Source: Takakia lepidozioides (Eukaryota > Plantae > Bryophyta). From it: a stretch of DNA of 64,000 nucleotides. Position 1 is the first letter of the stretch; each line of letters opens with the position of its first letter. The stretch covers positions 56,916,001 to 56,980,000 of the forward strand of contig CM060734.1 of the NCBI GenBank assembly GCA_030704615.1, in the 5' to 3' direction. The position numbers were made by a program, and so were the translations under genes. The notes beneath the pieces were generated by a model. That model was not told the origin of the DNA. It saw nothing but the letters and a program-made list of their open reading frames with translations, and did no database searches. Of this stretch, positions 37,985 through 50,572 are shown one piece after another.

Positions 37985-39053
37985 AGATAGTGGCTGCCTA
38001 GGAGCACCACTACCCCGTGGTGCCCTCCTTAGCAAATCCCACCATGACCACTCGTTCCTCCACCATGTTGAGCTCTATTTGCTCTGCCAGCAAAAACACA
38101 TTTGCTAAGATGGGTTGGGCCGCTTGTAGGAGAGTTGCATCCCGCACCCTTCTCCTCAGCTCCTTGTCCAATATCCCGTACCAGACTTGGACTGCCTGAG
38201 CTTCCGTAACCCCTTGGGTTACATTTATCAAGCGCCTCATGCGGGTGAAAACCTCCCTCAAGCTCTGAGTAGGCTTCCTCTGGAACTCTTGCAAGATCCT
38301 CAACTTCTCTGTCCTCACCCCTTGGTAGTTCCTTCTCAACTCTTCGTAGAACTCCACAACAGGGTTGAAGGCAGGCACTGCCACTGGTGCTGGTGCAGCA
38401 GTAGCTTGGGTGGATGTCGTAGTTGCTGTACCACTAGTCCCACTACTGCTCGTGGAAGCTGCTGTTGTAGCTGCTGCTGCTGGTGTAGCTGCCGGTGTGG
38501 CTGCTGCCCTTGTGCCTCTAGTGCCTCTAGTGATGGAGACATAGTCAGGTGACCAGTACATCCTCCATTCCTCGATCTCAATATCGTGCCCCCGCCTAAA
38601 CTCATGGTAATCATCCATGGGCAGCCCCTCAAGGTGCTGAAACAGCCCCTTCCATGCCATGAAAGGCGTAAACAGTTGTGGATTGCGCATTTGCTGCAAG
38701 TCACACCAACTATCAAACTCTTGGATAAAATCATCCAACTCAATGGTGCCCACCGCCCCAGAGTACCTACGTGGCCCCTTGGTGGCTCCATACATCTCTT
38801 CCATTGTGTCCCACAATAATGGCTAGGAAACAACTTGCACCGCCGGTGTGAGTCCTTCTGATTCACAATCCGAATCAGAACCTTCCGTAGAAGATACAGG
38901 AGGTGAAGGTGGCCTAAACCGCACACCTCGTTTTGTATACCCGCTAGTATTGCTAGTGCTCGTACCGGCACTTTCCCCAGCAACTAGTGGCACCTCCGTG
39001 TTGACAAACTGACACTCAACCAGTCCTGAACATGTCTCTAACCCCCTCTCCAC
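37985..39053 (-). pseudogene. Element B gag N-terminal half
   Basis: GPRRYSGAVGTIELDDFIQEFDSWCDLQQ..FQRKPTQSLREVFTRMRRLI, nearly identical in element C at 47040-47810. Confidence 0.88.
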
Positions 39054-40434
39054 AAGGTATCCGGGTAGAGAACCTGATGCGGCTTATGGTTGGAATACTA
39101 GGTTCCTAACATAGCCTGCACCTGCACCTGCATCCACCGCAGACACTCCTATGGTCTGACTGGTCATCAACCCAGCCTCACCATCGACAGCATGCTCTAG
39201 GGTGGGATCGGCGATCAAGCCCGAGTCCACCACCTATAAAATCAAGCGCCCACACAAAACTAGCATGACGATCAAGCATGCAGGTATGGAGGGGATCCAA
39301 ACACAAGAGTGAAAACAACAACTCCCCCACACCAAAAATCTCTCCACAGTGTCGCTCCTGCAACCCAGCCCAAACCCGGACTGACTCTTGCCTCTACCTA
39401 CGGAAAGGTCTCGGCCTACAGAGAAGGTGGAAAGCTACGAGGAAGAAAAACTAAAGCAATGCCTATACCCAGCACGCTCTCATCCCAACACCTTTTTTTT
39501 TCCTCTCTTCTCTCACTTGCATGACCTTGAGAGCATCCTGTAGACACTCCTCAAACCGCCCTCCACGAGCTCATGAAACTCGGCCTCCAAGGCCCCGTGC
39601 AAGCCTCCACAGGGTCCGCCAGTGCCTCCACTTGTCCACCAGTCATTCCTCAGAATGGAACCACCTCAGGAAACCACGCCGTTCACTGAAGGTTCAAAAA
39701 TGGAGCAAATAGAGGTACATATAGGCCCCAACAACATTCTGTTCAAAGGAATTACCTGCAGGCTAGTCTCCCCATAGTTAAGAACTGGGCTGAAAACCAG
39801 AAAAGATTACCTGCAAGGGAGTAATCCCCTTTGTTAGAACACAACAGGGAGGCAATTCCGACTTTTCTGCCGGATCAGCTAGCTCAAAACCGTTGTTCTT
39901 CAGAGCCCAGCCTCCCCATCAAGGTCCCACGAAACGAGTGAATTTTTTTTTTAATTTGTTTTTTTCACTCTGCCTGTTCGCGGCCTTTCGTGGCTCCAAC
40001 CGCCACTACTCCTCACGGCCCGCCCTAGGCACTCGTTGGCCACGGGCTGCCCAGTGATACCCCGTGACACCACTCCCACGAGCCTTCACGGCCCGCCATC
40101 CCCACGATCTGGTCACCGTGCCCACCCGTTGTGTCCGCACCACCTTCCAACGGTCAACGGTCACGGTCAACCATCACGACCTGGGCTCGTGGTATCTCGT
40201 GATACCGCCCCAACGGCCCATCACGACCACTATTCCCTACGTTCCCTGGAACTCCCAACGAGTTCTCATGCGTTCCCGGGCATTCCAACGTGTTCCCGAG
40301 CTCTTCCCGAGCTGGGGTTTGCTCCGGCACCTACTGCCGCCGAGCTATGGCTTCTGCGGAGCCATCAGCCCCGTTGCCCTACACTCCTGAGCTCTCACGG
40401 CCCACTAGAAGTGCCCCCAACTCAACAAGCAAGC

Positions 40435-40963
40435 TGTCGTGCACATACATATCGCTACACAACTACATCGCTGTCCAAACCACACCACACATATATGCAC
40501 AATAAAGTAGTCTACCACAATGATAAGAAAGCTTGAAAAGACACACACTCTCAACACAAGAAATGTGAAATCCCTCAACATCACTCGTTAAAACAGTAGT
40601 CGAGCCAGGGGCACCCCAAGCTATGGGGACTCCACCCCACAACAACCTACACTCCCATCATGAGTACACTCAGATCTAAACGCATGCAGGAGCTCGGTCG
40701 CGCAGGCTCAACTCGAGAGAGATGAGCTGCGCGACTGCCGCTCTCGTGAAGATAAGACGGACCAGGTGTCAAACTAAACTTGACACCTGATTTAACACTT
40801 GACCTAAATCCAAGTGTTAAATACAAATAACTAGTTTTATGCTAGCTGTTTTCACACTGTGCTTATTTAACTTGACAGCTGTCGTGCGCATACATATCGC
40901 TACACAACTACATCGCTGTCCAAACCACACCACACATATATGCACAATAAGTAGTCTACCACA
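40435..40963. repeat. Element C left terminal block: a1 40435-40519, b1 40521-40877, GC, a2 40880-40963
   Basis: a1 and a2 are near-identical 84-85 bp repeats. b1 matches 51998-52351. Confidence 0.93.
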
Positions 40964-41222
40964 ATGGCCCCCCTAGCTGGTGGATAGGTCCCTCTACCTC
41001 CAGATAGCTACAAGATGTAATAGCCACAGCCGTACTAAGTCCTCTATCACTGTCCCTATTGTACTCAAATCTATAGACCAAGAGGCCGGGTACAAGAGTA
41101 GCCCCATCGTTAGTCGCCATCTTGCAATCTGTGAACTTGAGCCAGGACCTCATGTGTTCAAGGTCTCCTAGTAGCTGGGCCTTGCGTTTCTTGTTAGCCT
41201 TCCATGGTTGTATCCACTCCCA

Positions 41223-44200
41223 CTATCCAATGCAATGTGGACATAACCAATCCCCATCCGGAACCATCTCAAGAGGTGGAGTCAAGCACCCCATATGCCA
41301 ACCTCTAGAGCATCGATCACACACCAGCATGGTGGCCGCCCCTTTAGCAGACCCACACAACATGCACCTCAAACTTGCAGATACCACTGCCAGGTTTGGG
41401 TCAATCCTGCCATCGACATTCGGAAGGTGACATGGCGCACAATTACGCACATGGTCCTTCCAAGTTATGCCATCCCGACCCTCCAAGACCAAGACGCCTG
41501 AGGGCAAGACCTCTCGAACCCTCAAAATAACACGTCCTGCAGTCACATCCAGGGTCGTAGGAGCAGTCTGCTGCAGATAGACATAGTCACCAGGGTTGAA
41601 TCTCCGAACCCCAGGACGATAGCCCCCACCACGTATGGTAGCATACCTCAATGTATCACGGTGTTGTGCAATGGCAAGGTTCTCGAAAGCCATGGGCATG
41701 ACTCTCTTGAACAACTCTGCACGCTGCTCACATGCACGTGCCCACACATCCGGATCGTCAAGGTTAAGAACGGTAGCAGCTTCTCTGCGAATGGATGTAG
41801 GCAAATCCGGCTCTCGGCCAAAGAGAAGAAAGTATGGTGAGAAGGAGGCAAGTGATGCTTGCTTGCTGAACCTGTAGCCCATGGCTAACCAGGTAACTGA
41901 AGGTCCCAATCTCCTAGGTGTCCCTTCTGCAAGCCATACTTGCGCAAACCCCTCTTTACTGTCTGAACAACTCTCTCTGCCAAGCCATCGGCCTCAGGAT
42001 GATCCCGAGAAGTGGTGCGGTGGTCTATCAAGGCCTTGTCACACAAAGCCTGAAACTCCCCCAAGAACTCTCTCCCTTGGTCCGTGAGTACCTCAGCTGG
42101 AGCACCGAATCGGCTAAGCACACAATCCAGGAATGCATACGCAGCTCCCTCACTAGCCTTATCAGGCAATGGAACCAATTCAATCCACTTGGAGAAGTGC
42201 TCCACCATCACCAACACGTACTTGTTGTGGCGCATGGTGAGTGGCAACAGCCCTGCGAAGTCAAGACTCCACCTGTAGCCCAATCCCATGATCGGAAGAG
42301 GGTGCAATTGTGGAGTAGGGGCGTTGAATGAAGCACGCACCCTGTCACACACCATGCACCTAGCCACAAATTGTTGCACCTCTGTGTGCATACCACGCCA
42401 CCAATACTGCCCCTACAGTAGACTATGAGTGCGTCGCACCCCAAAATGCCCCAACTCCTCATGGGCATGCCGCACTAACCGTGCCCGCTGTGTTGGGTGA
42501 GGCACAATCCTCACTCGACCATCCTCCCACACTCGGAGTAGGTGTGTCCCCTCCCACCTGAACCTCTTGGCTTGTTGTAGGATCCGATCCCTCTCCTTGG
42601 CAGTCATAGTGGCTGCCGTGTCTCCACTGCGGAGGTAGTCCAACACAACTGAATCCTCATGTATATCTTTGGCGCCACCCTGCTCATTGCTGGCCTCAGG
42701 GTCCTCAGACACTTGATCTACAGTCATCCCTGTTGTAGGTCCAACCTGGCCTTCCGCTGCCAAGATACACAGAAATGCAGATGCATGCCATCCAGGCACC
42801 ATCTCCTCGTCCGTCTCACCATGCCACCGAGCTCCAGTGTCATCCTGCTGGCTCGTGCATGGATTGCGACTCAACCCATCTGCATTTCGATTGACCAAAC
42901 CCGGTCGATGCACCACCTGAAAGTCATACTCTTGAAGGATGAGCGCCCACCGTGCAAGCTTCCCCGTAAGCTTGTCTGACTCCATCAACCACTTGAGTGG
43001 TTGGTGATCCGTGACAAGGGTGAAGAGATTGCCGTATAGATAGCACCTGAAGTGTGCCACGGCCCACACTGCAGCTAAGCATTCTCCCTCATATGAGCTA
43101 TACTTAGACTCTGCAGCATTGTTCGAGCGGCTAGCATAAGCCACTACGAACTCTCTTCCCTCATCATCCACCTGTGTGAGCACCGCTCCAAGCCCTAGCA
43201 TGCTCCAATCTGTATGCAGCTGAAAAGGATGCCCCCTGATAGGTCGTCTCAAGATGGGCGCCGAGGTCAACCTCGCCTTGAGCTCTTGAAAAGCTTGTTC
43301 TTGCTCATCTTCCCACTGCCACTCCTGGTCCACCTTGGTCAGCTTGGTTAGAGCCTTTGCAATGGCACTAAATCCCTTAACAAACCGTCTGTAATAGTTT
43401 GCTAACCCCATGAAAGTTCGAACTCGGCTCACATCCGTGGGGCGTGGAACCTGTGCAATGGACTCTACCTTAGTCTGCTGTACCCCCAATCCTCCAGGAT
43501 ATATCATGTGACCCAGATACTCAATCTGGTTGTGGAAAAACTTGCACTTGCCCGGATGTAACTTCAATCCGTGCGTCCTCAAGCGCTCAAATACCCCCTG
43601 AAGGTGTCTCTCATGCTCCTCCACCGTAGCACTAAAGATGATGATGTCATCTATGTAGCACCGAGCAAACTCCACCCCTGCTAGAATCCTGTCCATGACT
43701 CTTTGAAACTCAGCGGGAGCGTTTTTAAGCCCAAATGGTAAGAACCGCCACTGGTATAGGCAATCCTTCCCGTGCTCATTGATCCCCCAGAATGCCGTCT
43801 TTTGCTTATCCGCCTCCTTGATCGGCAACTGGTGATATCCGGATCGTAAATCCAACGTGCTAAAGACCTTGGAATGCCCAATGGCATCAAAGATCTCCTC
43901 TGGTGTTGGCATGGCATACCTATCGGACTTGGTCTGACGATTTACAGGCCGGTAATCACCGCACATACGTCTCTCCGTCCAATTGCCATAGACATCCTTC
44001 TTAGCTGGCATCACTGTGGCTGAAGCATACTCTCCACCAGAGAGCTCCACCAAACCTGCCTCCCAGAGATCTCGAGTCCTCATCTGAATCAAAGACCTCT
44101 CCATGTCACTGTATCTATAGGGTCTCCGAAAGATTGGCGTGTCAGTGGCCAACTCAATACGGATCTCTTGACCCTTCAGTGCTCCCAAGTCCTTCAAACT

Positions 44201-44340
44201 GAAGGCAAAGCAATTCCTATAAGCCCTCAGGAACCGCCGTATACGTCGTCTCTCTCCTCCGGTGACAATGGGTCCAATGTCAGGCTCCCAATTGTCCTCC
44301 GTAACTGCAACCTTAAGTCCAGTGGGCTTAGAGGTAGAGA
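41223..44340 (-). CDS. Element C RT-RNase H (594-aa open frame 42413..44197), integrase and PHD finger (41226-41366); a few frameshifts
   Basis: CYIDDII, LHTDWS, SYEGECLA, VTDHQPL, HAHEELGHFG, WSLDFAG, LTDQGREF, C4HC3 PHD. Confidence 0.93.
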
Positions 44341-44659
44341 CGCGTCCCGTGGTTGCTATGCTGCAACCTCTTGAGCAGTACCCCTTCCTACTCAGTCAAT
44401 GACAAGGCCTCATCCTGCCCCATCATCTCATCATTGAGAACCTCCTCATCCCGAGAAGAATCCCCAACCTCATCCATCACAGCTGCCTTCGCTGCCAACT
44501 CCCTCTGAACCTCGAGCACCTCCCACATGTGCCATGGATGTCTACACCTCGTGGTCCTCACCGGCTCGCCCCCACTTGCTGCCTGTACCGTCTCGGTAGG
44601 CAGAGAGACCATCAAGGGAAGTGCACTCCGCACTCTACGTTGCTCAGCCATAGCCAAGC

Positions 44660-45055
44660 TGACAATCCAGGTCAAGCAATTGAGATCCATTATTCCACAC
44701 CATCTCCCAAAACAGACCCGTCCTCGAGTCTCGCAATCCATTGCCATGCCCAGCTGATGAATGCCCTTGGCAGGCCAACCTGCCACTACCAGATCAATGG
44801 AGCCAACCCGCTCCAAATCCTGCGCCCCCAGCAACGCAATGTCTGCTGGCAAGGCCTGCTGATATCCACGAACTGCAGACACCGGCAACATTTCAGGGTG
44901 CTGCTGCACCACTGAGCAACATGGCGCAGTGAGACGCGTCGTGCATCTCATCCTCTCCACATACAAGTAACGTCGAACTCGTACCCTGCCTGCAGCACTG
45001 CAGCCAATCCAGTGCTGATCCCGCCAAATAAGTCCAGAAGGCATATGCCTTCATC
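44660..45055 (-). pseudogene. Element C C5-DNA methyltransferase domain, internally deleted
   Basis: GICLLDLFGGISTGLAAVLQAG, RRYLYVER, ALPADIALL, IDLVVAGWP(CQGHS), GLFWEMV, then joins directly to MDLNCLTW (end of motif X). Confidence 0.88.
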
Positions 45056-45399
45056 CAGCCGCTGCCACACAAGAGGTGTGGTGTCCAATGGCGACAACTG
45101 AGGTGGCCCTGGTACAATCACCGCACTCTCCTCCTCTCCTGACGGTACAAAAGCTTCTACCCCCCAGCTTGTTGCACCCGTCCATCAGCAGCGTGCTGCA
45201 AATCCTTGCTCGTACCCCACATCGGAGTGTGAGCACCATGGCAGGCAACTCCGCCGTACCATGCATGTCATCCTGCTCTGCTGGAGGTGGCACATCCTCT
45301 CATGGGCATTGCCTTCCAGCAAACCTCCAGGACCAACTAACGGCAGCTGTGAAGGCGGCTAGTGTTGGCATCTTGCCCCGCTGGCAGCTACAATACCCC

Positions 45400-48051
45400 C
45401 AATGAATGTCACAGGGAGCTGTGCATGGCGACCATCCCTTCGTCCATCCAGGCCTGTAGGATGCTGACTCCTCCCAGAAATCCAGGGTAAGCCCATGGGG
45501 TATACCACTGCCCCACCAACGAGGACATCGTAAGAGACCGCGTCTGTCACAATGGCCTTGGCTCGCATTCACTGAGCCACTACAGGATGATCCCGTGCTG
45601 TAAAAAAAAACAGTTAAATAGCCAACTGATGCCTGTGCATGCCGCGAGCCTGCGCTGATCCTCCCAGAGATGTCCTTTATCTGGAAGACAGGCTCCATAT
45701 CCCCGCCCATGAGTCCAAACCTGCAATCTCAGCTCTGACCCAACATCAGTGGCTGAGCTCCTAGTCCAACAAGACCCGCAGTGGCCGGTACTTCTTGCCT
45801 GCCGGTCCACTCAAAGTGAAAATGCCTCCCTGGTTGTCTAACAAGACAACTCCAGGTGTCACCATGGCGCGCTCAAAGGCTGGCCTAGCTGGCAGCTCCG
45901 TCAATCTGGCAGCTGCAGCTTGCCAGGGCGCTGCCGTGGCAGTCTTGACCCTCAAATCCGAGGATCCCTCTGCCACTACACCTCCACTAACTCCGCAGAA
46001 GATGAAGTGACCTCTCCACTCTCGCAGAGTGTTGCTGCTAGTCTGAACACTGCAGCTGGTCTCACTCCGGCGTCGCAATCATGGTCGCCGAGAACAGTGG
46101 GGCTTGACACACAGAGGTGGCTGCCCCCAATAACACACCGGCCGCACTAGCCTTGGCAGCAGGAGTCAATGCTGCACGTGTAGCTCTCCCCAATGGCATA
46201 GTAACCTCCGCCTCGGTAACAGTCGGGCGAGAACTAGGTGCCATGGATGGCGTCGACACAGTCTCCGCCAATGTGAATGACTGAGGAAGCCTCGCCTGAC
46301 GGCTTGCCTCCCCACGCTGTGGATCCAATTCCACCTCTGCACCTCGTGGCTCAGGAACTCGTGCTGCTCCTCGAGTCACGGCTGCAGCAGACTCCACCTG
46401 CTCTAGTGGTAGTGCTGCTCCGCACATAAATCCCATGCTCCCATATCTCTCCTCCCTCAGGAGCAGGAGGTGGACCATCCCGCCTGGGAGCCGGTACCGC
46501 CTGAGCTATAGCCATGGCAGCGAGCCTCTGCTCTAGCTGCTGAAGCCGATTGGCCATGCCTTGATCAACACCCTGACCTCCGCGTCCTTGGCCATGTTGA
46601 GCTTGCCCTTGGCCTGCACCTCGTGCCCGACCACCTCGTCCTCTCTGGGCTGGTCCACCTCGCCCCCGGCCACCATTGTTCCCTTGGAACTGGCCTGGGC
46701 GCAACTCAGGATGCAAGTCATAACACTGGGCATCTCCATGCCCATACTTGCCACAATGCCCACACTGCAACTGTGCAGGCTGTGCTTGTGCCGGCCTTCT
46801 GCCACTCTCTGGGCAATCTCTCTTGACATGGGGTCCTCCACATGTCCAACATATCACCCCTGGTTGCTGTTGGCCTGCAAAAGATGCCACGGGCCTCAAC
46901 CTGAGGTCCCCTGTAAGCTCCATGGAACTTGGGCTGGGCAACCTTGCCCCCTGACCACGCTGTTGGGCAGTCCCTTGTGCTTGTGGGCTGACAGCTGTGC
47001 CCCGTACAGGCATGTCCTTGCCAAATCCAATGTAACAACTCGCTCCTCCACCATGTTGAGCTCAATCCGCTCAGCCAGCAGAAACACATCTGCTAATGTG
47101 GGTTGGGCTGCTTGTAACAGGGTTGCATCTCGCACCCTCTCTTGAGCTCCTTGTCCAGAATTCCATACCAAAACTGGATTGCCTGAGCTTCAGTAACCCC
47201 TTGGGTCACACTTATCAAGCGCCTCATACGAGTGTACGCCTCTCGCAGGCTCTCACTGGGTTTGCGCTGGAAGTCTTGCAAACTTCGCAGCTTCTCTGTC
47301 CGTACACCTTGGTAGTTCCTCCGCAACTCCTGGAAGAACTCCACCACCGGGTTGAATCTAGGCACATGTGTTGTAGTTGTGGCAGGAGGAGTAGTAGCAC
47401 CTTTTGAACTGGTACCACCTGCAGAAGTACCAGCACTACCTGCTCCACTACTAGTGCTGGCAGTGGGAGCTATTGGTACTGATGCAGCTACTGGTCGCGT
47501 CGTGCCTCGAGTAATGGAGACGTAGTCAGGTGACCAATACATCTCCTCCACTCCTCAATCTCTGCTTCATGTCCTCGCCTGAACTCGTGGTAATCGTCCA
47601 TAGGGGGGCCTTCCAAATGCTGGAACAGTCCCTTCCACGCCATGAATGGGGTGAATAGCTGTGGATTGCGCATCTGCTGCAAATCACACCAGCTGTCGAA
47701 CTCCTGGATAAAGTCATCCAACTCGATTGTGCCCACAGCTCCAGAGTACCTACGAGGCCCCTTGGTAGCTCCATACATCTCCTCCATGTCGTCCCACAAC
47801 AATGGCGAATGAAAGTGCACACCTGTTGATGAAGCCTCCGAGCCTGTGTCTGACTCTACAGTAATTGAGGGTGGCGGTGAAGGTGGTCTGAACCGAATAC
47901 CTCGTCTTGTGAACCCACTCTCACTGTTACTGGCCGTAGCCGTACTCCCCTCAACCCCCTTGGGTAACTCCGTAATGACACTCACAATGTGCACCTCCTC
48001 CGTGACACTATAAGGCTCTAGTACTAATCTAATAGTGACACGGGTGGGCAC
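45400..48051 (-). pseudogene. Element C gag and protease, many 1-bp indels
   Basis: Homologous to element B gag and PR; CWTCGGPHVKRDC, CGHCGKYGHGDAQC. Confidence 0.88.
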
Positions 48052-49553
48052 CTGTTGCAGTTTTAAGGGTCATATCCCAATGGCTCAGGGCACCTGCACC
48101 TGCATCCACCGCAAGAACTCCTATGGTTGGCTGGTCATCAACCCAGCCTCACCATAGAAGAAACACTGGTGGTCTTGCTGGTCATCACTCCAGCCTCACC
48201 ACCGACAGCATACTCTAGGATTGACCGGTGATCAAATCCGGCCTAATCCCTATGAAAGCAAGCGCCCACACAAAACCAACATGGCGCACAGTCAAGCATG
48301 CAGGTGTTGGGGGGGATCCAAACACAAGAAATCAAAACATCAACACCCCCACACCAAAATCCAGCTGCAATGCTGATCCTGCAGAATATCCCAGCCCAAA
48401 ACCCCGGACTGACTGGCCTCCACCAAGAGAGGCTTTGGCAACTACAAGTACAAGGTAATGAAAATAGTACAGAGATGGAGGGGAAGAATAGAAGCCCGCC
48501 CAAGCAAGATCTAATCCTGATCTATGCTATCAACTGCCAGACTTCTCTCAAAGTGCCTCGCTCTGCTGATGGTAAGGTGTAGGAGGTATATCTATGTCAA
48601 GAAACCTGCCACTAACCTTGTCCCAAGCTACAGTAGCTCGCTCTAACCAACCCTCCTCCTCTTTCTGCCAGGTAGAGACAAAGCAACACTCCCCTATCTC
48701 CCGCTCACTGAACACTAAAGAAAACAAAGGTAGGGTCTGATAGTCTCTCAACTCGAAAGCTTTGAGACGGTTGCGGGTGTCTCATTGCGAATGACTGCAT
48801 CTCCTTCAAACAACAAACTGTCATTGCTAATGAACCCCCGCTCGTGGTTGCCTGTGCAGAGCGTGTCCGGCTGCAACATGTCTATTGCACAAACTTGTGT
48901 AGCTCCTGCTCCTCTGCTCCAGTACACCACGGCCTTGTGGCTGAACACCTTGGTCCCCGGGCTGTCTTTGGCTGTGTTCCAAGCCTGCTTTCACCCACTT
49001 TGGTATTTCACCTACAGCTGCAGAACTGCTGGCTCCAACAGAGTTCTGACTGTCCAAGGCGATATTGAGGCCCTCAATGCCAACTACAGCAGTCTGTTGT
49101 CTACTGCTAATGCCTGACTCCCAGTATGCAATCAACTCGTCCAACTGTTCTCCACTCAAATCAGTCTGAGTTCCTTGGGAAACATAAATCTTGTCCCCTT
49201 TGGTGCACAGGCTAAGAGAAGAGACCTGCCCTTCAACGACGTCCTCATTTCCCCCAGCCATGCATGGAGTACATCCACAGATTTGTCTCTCATATAGACC
49301 AGCACAGGTTCTAGAGACAGGATTGTGGATCTTTCATGGCACACTCACACTCTAAAAATCCATAGATTTTTAGCAGAGTCCCCAAAACAGAAACCAGGTT
49401 TAGATAGGTAGATTTCCCCTTTCTGCAGCTATCCCCCCAAAAACTGGGTCAACCAGTCCATTTGACAAAGATATGATGAATTTGGCTCCAAATCATTCAA
49501 ATTAGATTAAAAATGGTTTTTTTTTAAAAAAAAGGTTTTCAAGTTTAACAATT

Positions 49554-49970
49554 TGTCGTGCGCATACATATCGCTACACAACTACATCGCTGTCCAGACC
49601 ACACCACACATATATGCACAATAAACAAACCTGAAAAGGACACACACTCTCAACACAAGAAATATGCAATCCCTCAAGATCACTCTTTAAGATAATAGTC
49701 GAGCCAGGGGCACCCCAAGCTATGGGACTCCACCCCACAACAACCTACACTCCCATCATACGCACAGTCAGATCTGAAGAATGCAGGAGCTCGGTCGCGC
49801 AGGCTCAACTCGAGAGAGATGAGCTGCGCGACTGCCGCTCTCGTGAAGATAAGACAGACCAGGCAAAACTAAACTTGACACCTGATTTAACTTGACCTAA
49901 ATCCAAGTGTTAAATACAAATAACTAGTTTTATTCTAGCTGTTTTCACACTGTGCTTATTTAACTTGACA
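49554..49970. mobile_element. Solo a-b terminal unit of the B/C family
   Basis: TGTCGTGCGC...AACTTGACA flanked by TSD AATT (49550-49553 and 49971-49974). Diverged from the repeats of C. Confidence 0.92.
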
Positions 49971-50309
49971 AATTTAAAGTTACACCCAAAATGTCTGGTA
50001 ACTGGTTCCCGGTTCCCTAAGTTCTATATGGCATCCTAGGTTCCCTGGCCACGTGCCTGCTGTTCCCCTCCATTTCATTTGAGTTCAACAGCTCACCATG
50101 CTTTGAATCCCAACCGTCTTCTACCACAAACCATGGTGACGATGGAGGTCGTGGAGCTCATTTTCCCCTTAGCAACACTTCACCTTGGCACCCTCACAAG
50201 TTTCATTGAAGTAAAGTTGGCAAGCAAGTTCCTGCAAAGCCTGCCCCACACACCAGCTTAGCAGTGTCCAAATTGAGTGATCCCCAGCTGGGACCTTTCT
50301 TCAAGCTGT

Positions 50310-50572
50310 CGGCTATGTGGAAACCCAGCTGCAGTGCACGGAAGTACGAGTGCCTCGACCACTCGGCAATGTGCCTGGCTTTGTGGCAGATCTGTCCTCT
50401 GATCCTTGCTTACTAGCAGGGGCTCTCAAAACCCAAAAGAACTGTTGTCCACTGGCTTCAAGTCTGAGAGCTAGCTGATCAATCTCTGTGTGGCAGTGAG
50501 TAGGGCTACGGTTCCAAAGGCAATATAGAGAACCGATCACGGAGGATGGCTGTTTAACCATTCTAAGCACCT
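50310..50572 (-). pseudogene. Captured UDP-glycosyltransferase (family 1 UGT) fragment in the leader of element C
   Basis: Manual translation CLEWLNSHPP*SVLYIAFGTVA, then IDQLALRLEASGQQFFWVLR..LPSG..SWV: the hallmark pre-PSPG region. Confidence 0.8.

Noticed and set aside
40521-40877. Hammerhead ribozyme or tRNA gene in half-repeat b
   Set aside because: No CUGAnGA/GAAA core and no tRNA D/T-loop consensus on either strand. Kept only as a structured element.
45761-46078. Plus-strand ORF listed with pol-like text
   Set aside because: The protease-like reading belongs to the minus strand of element C; there is no independent gene here.
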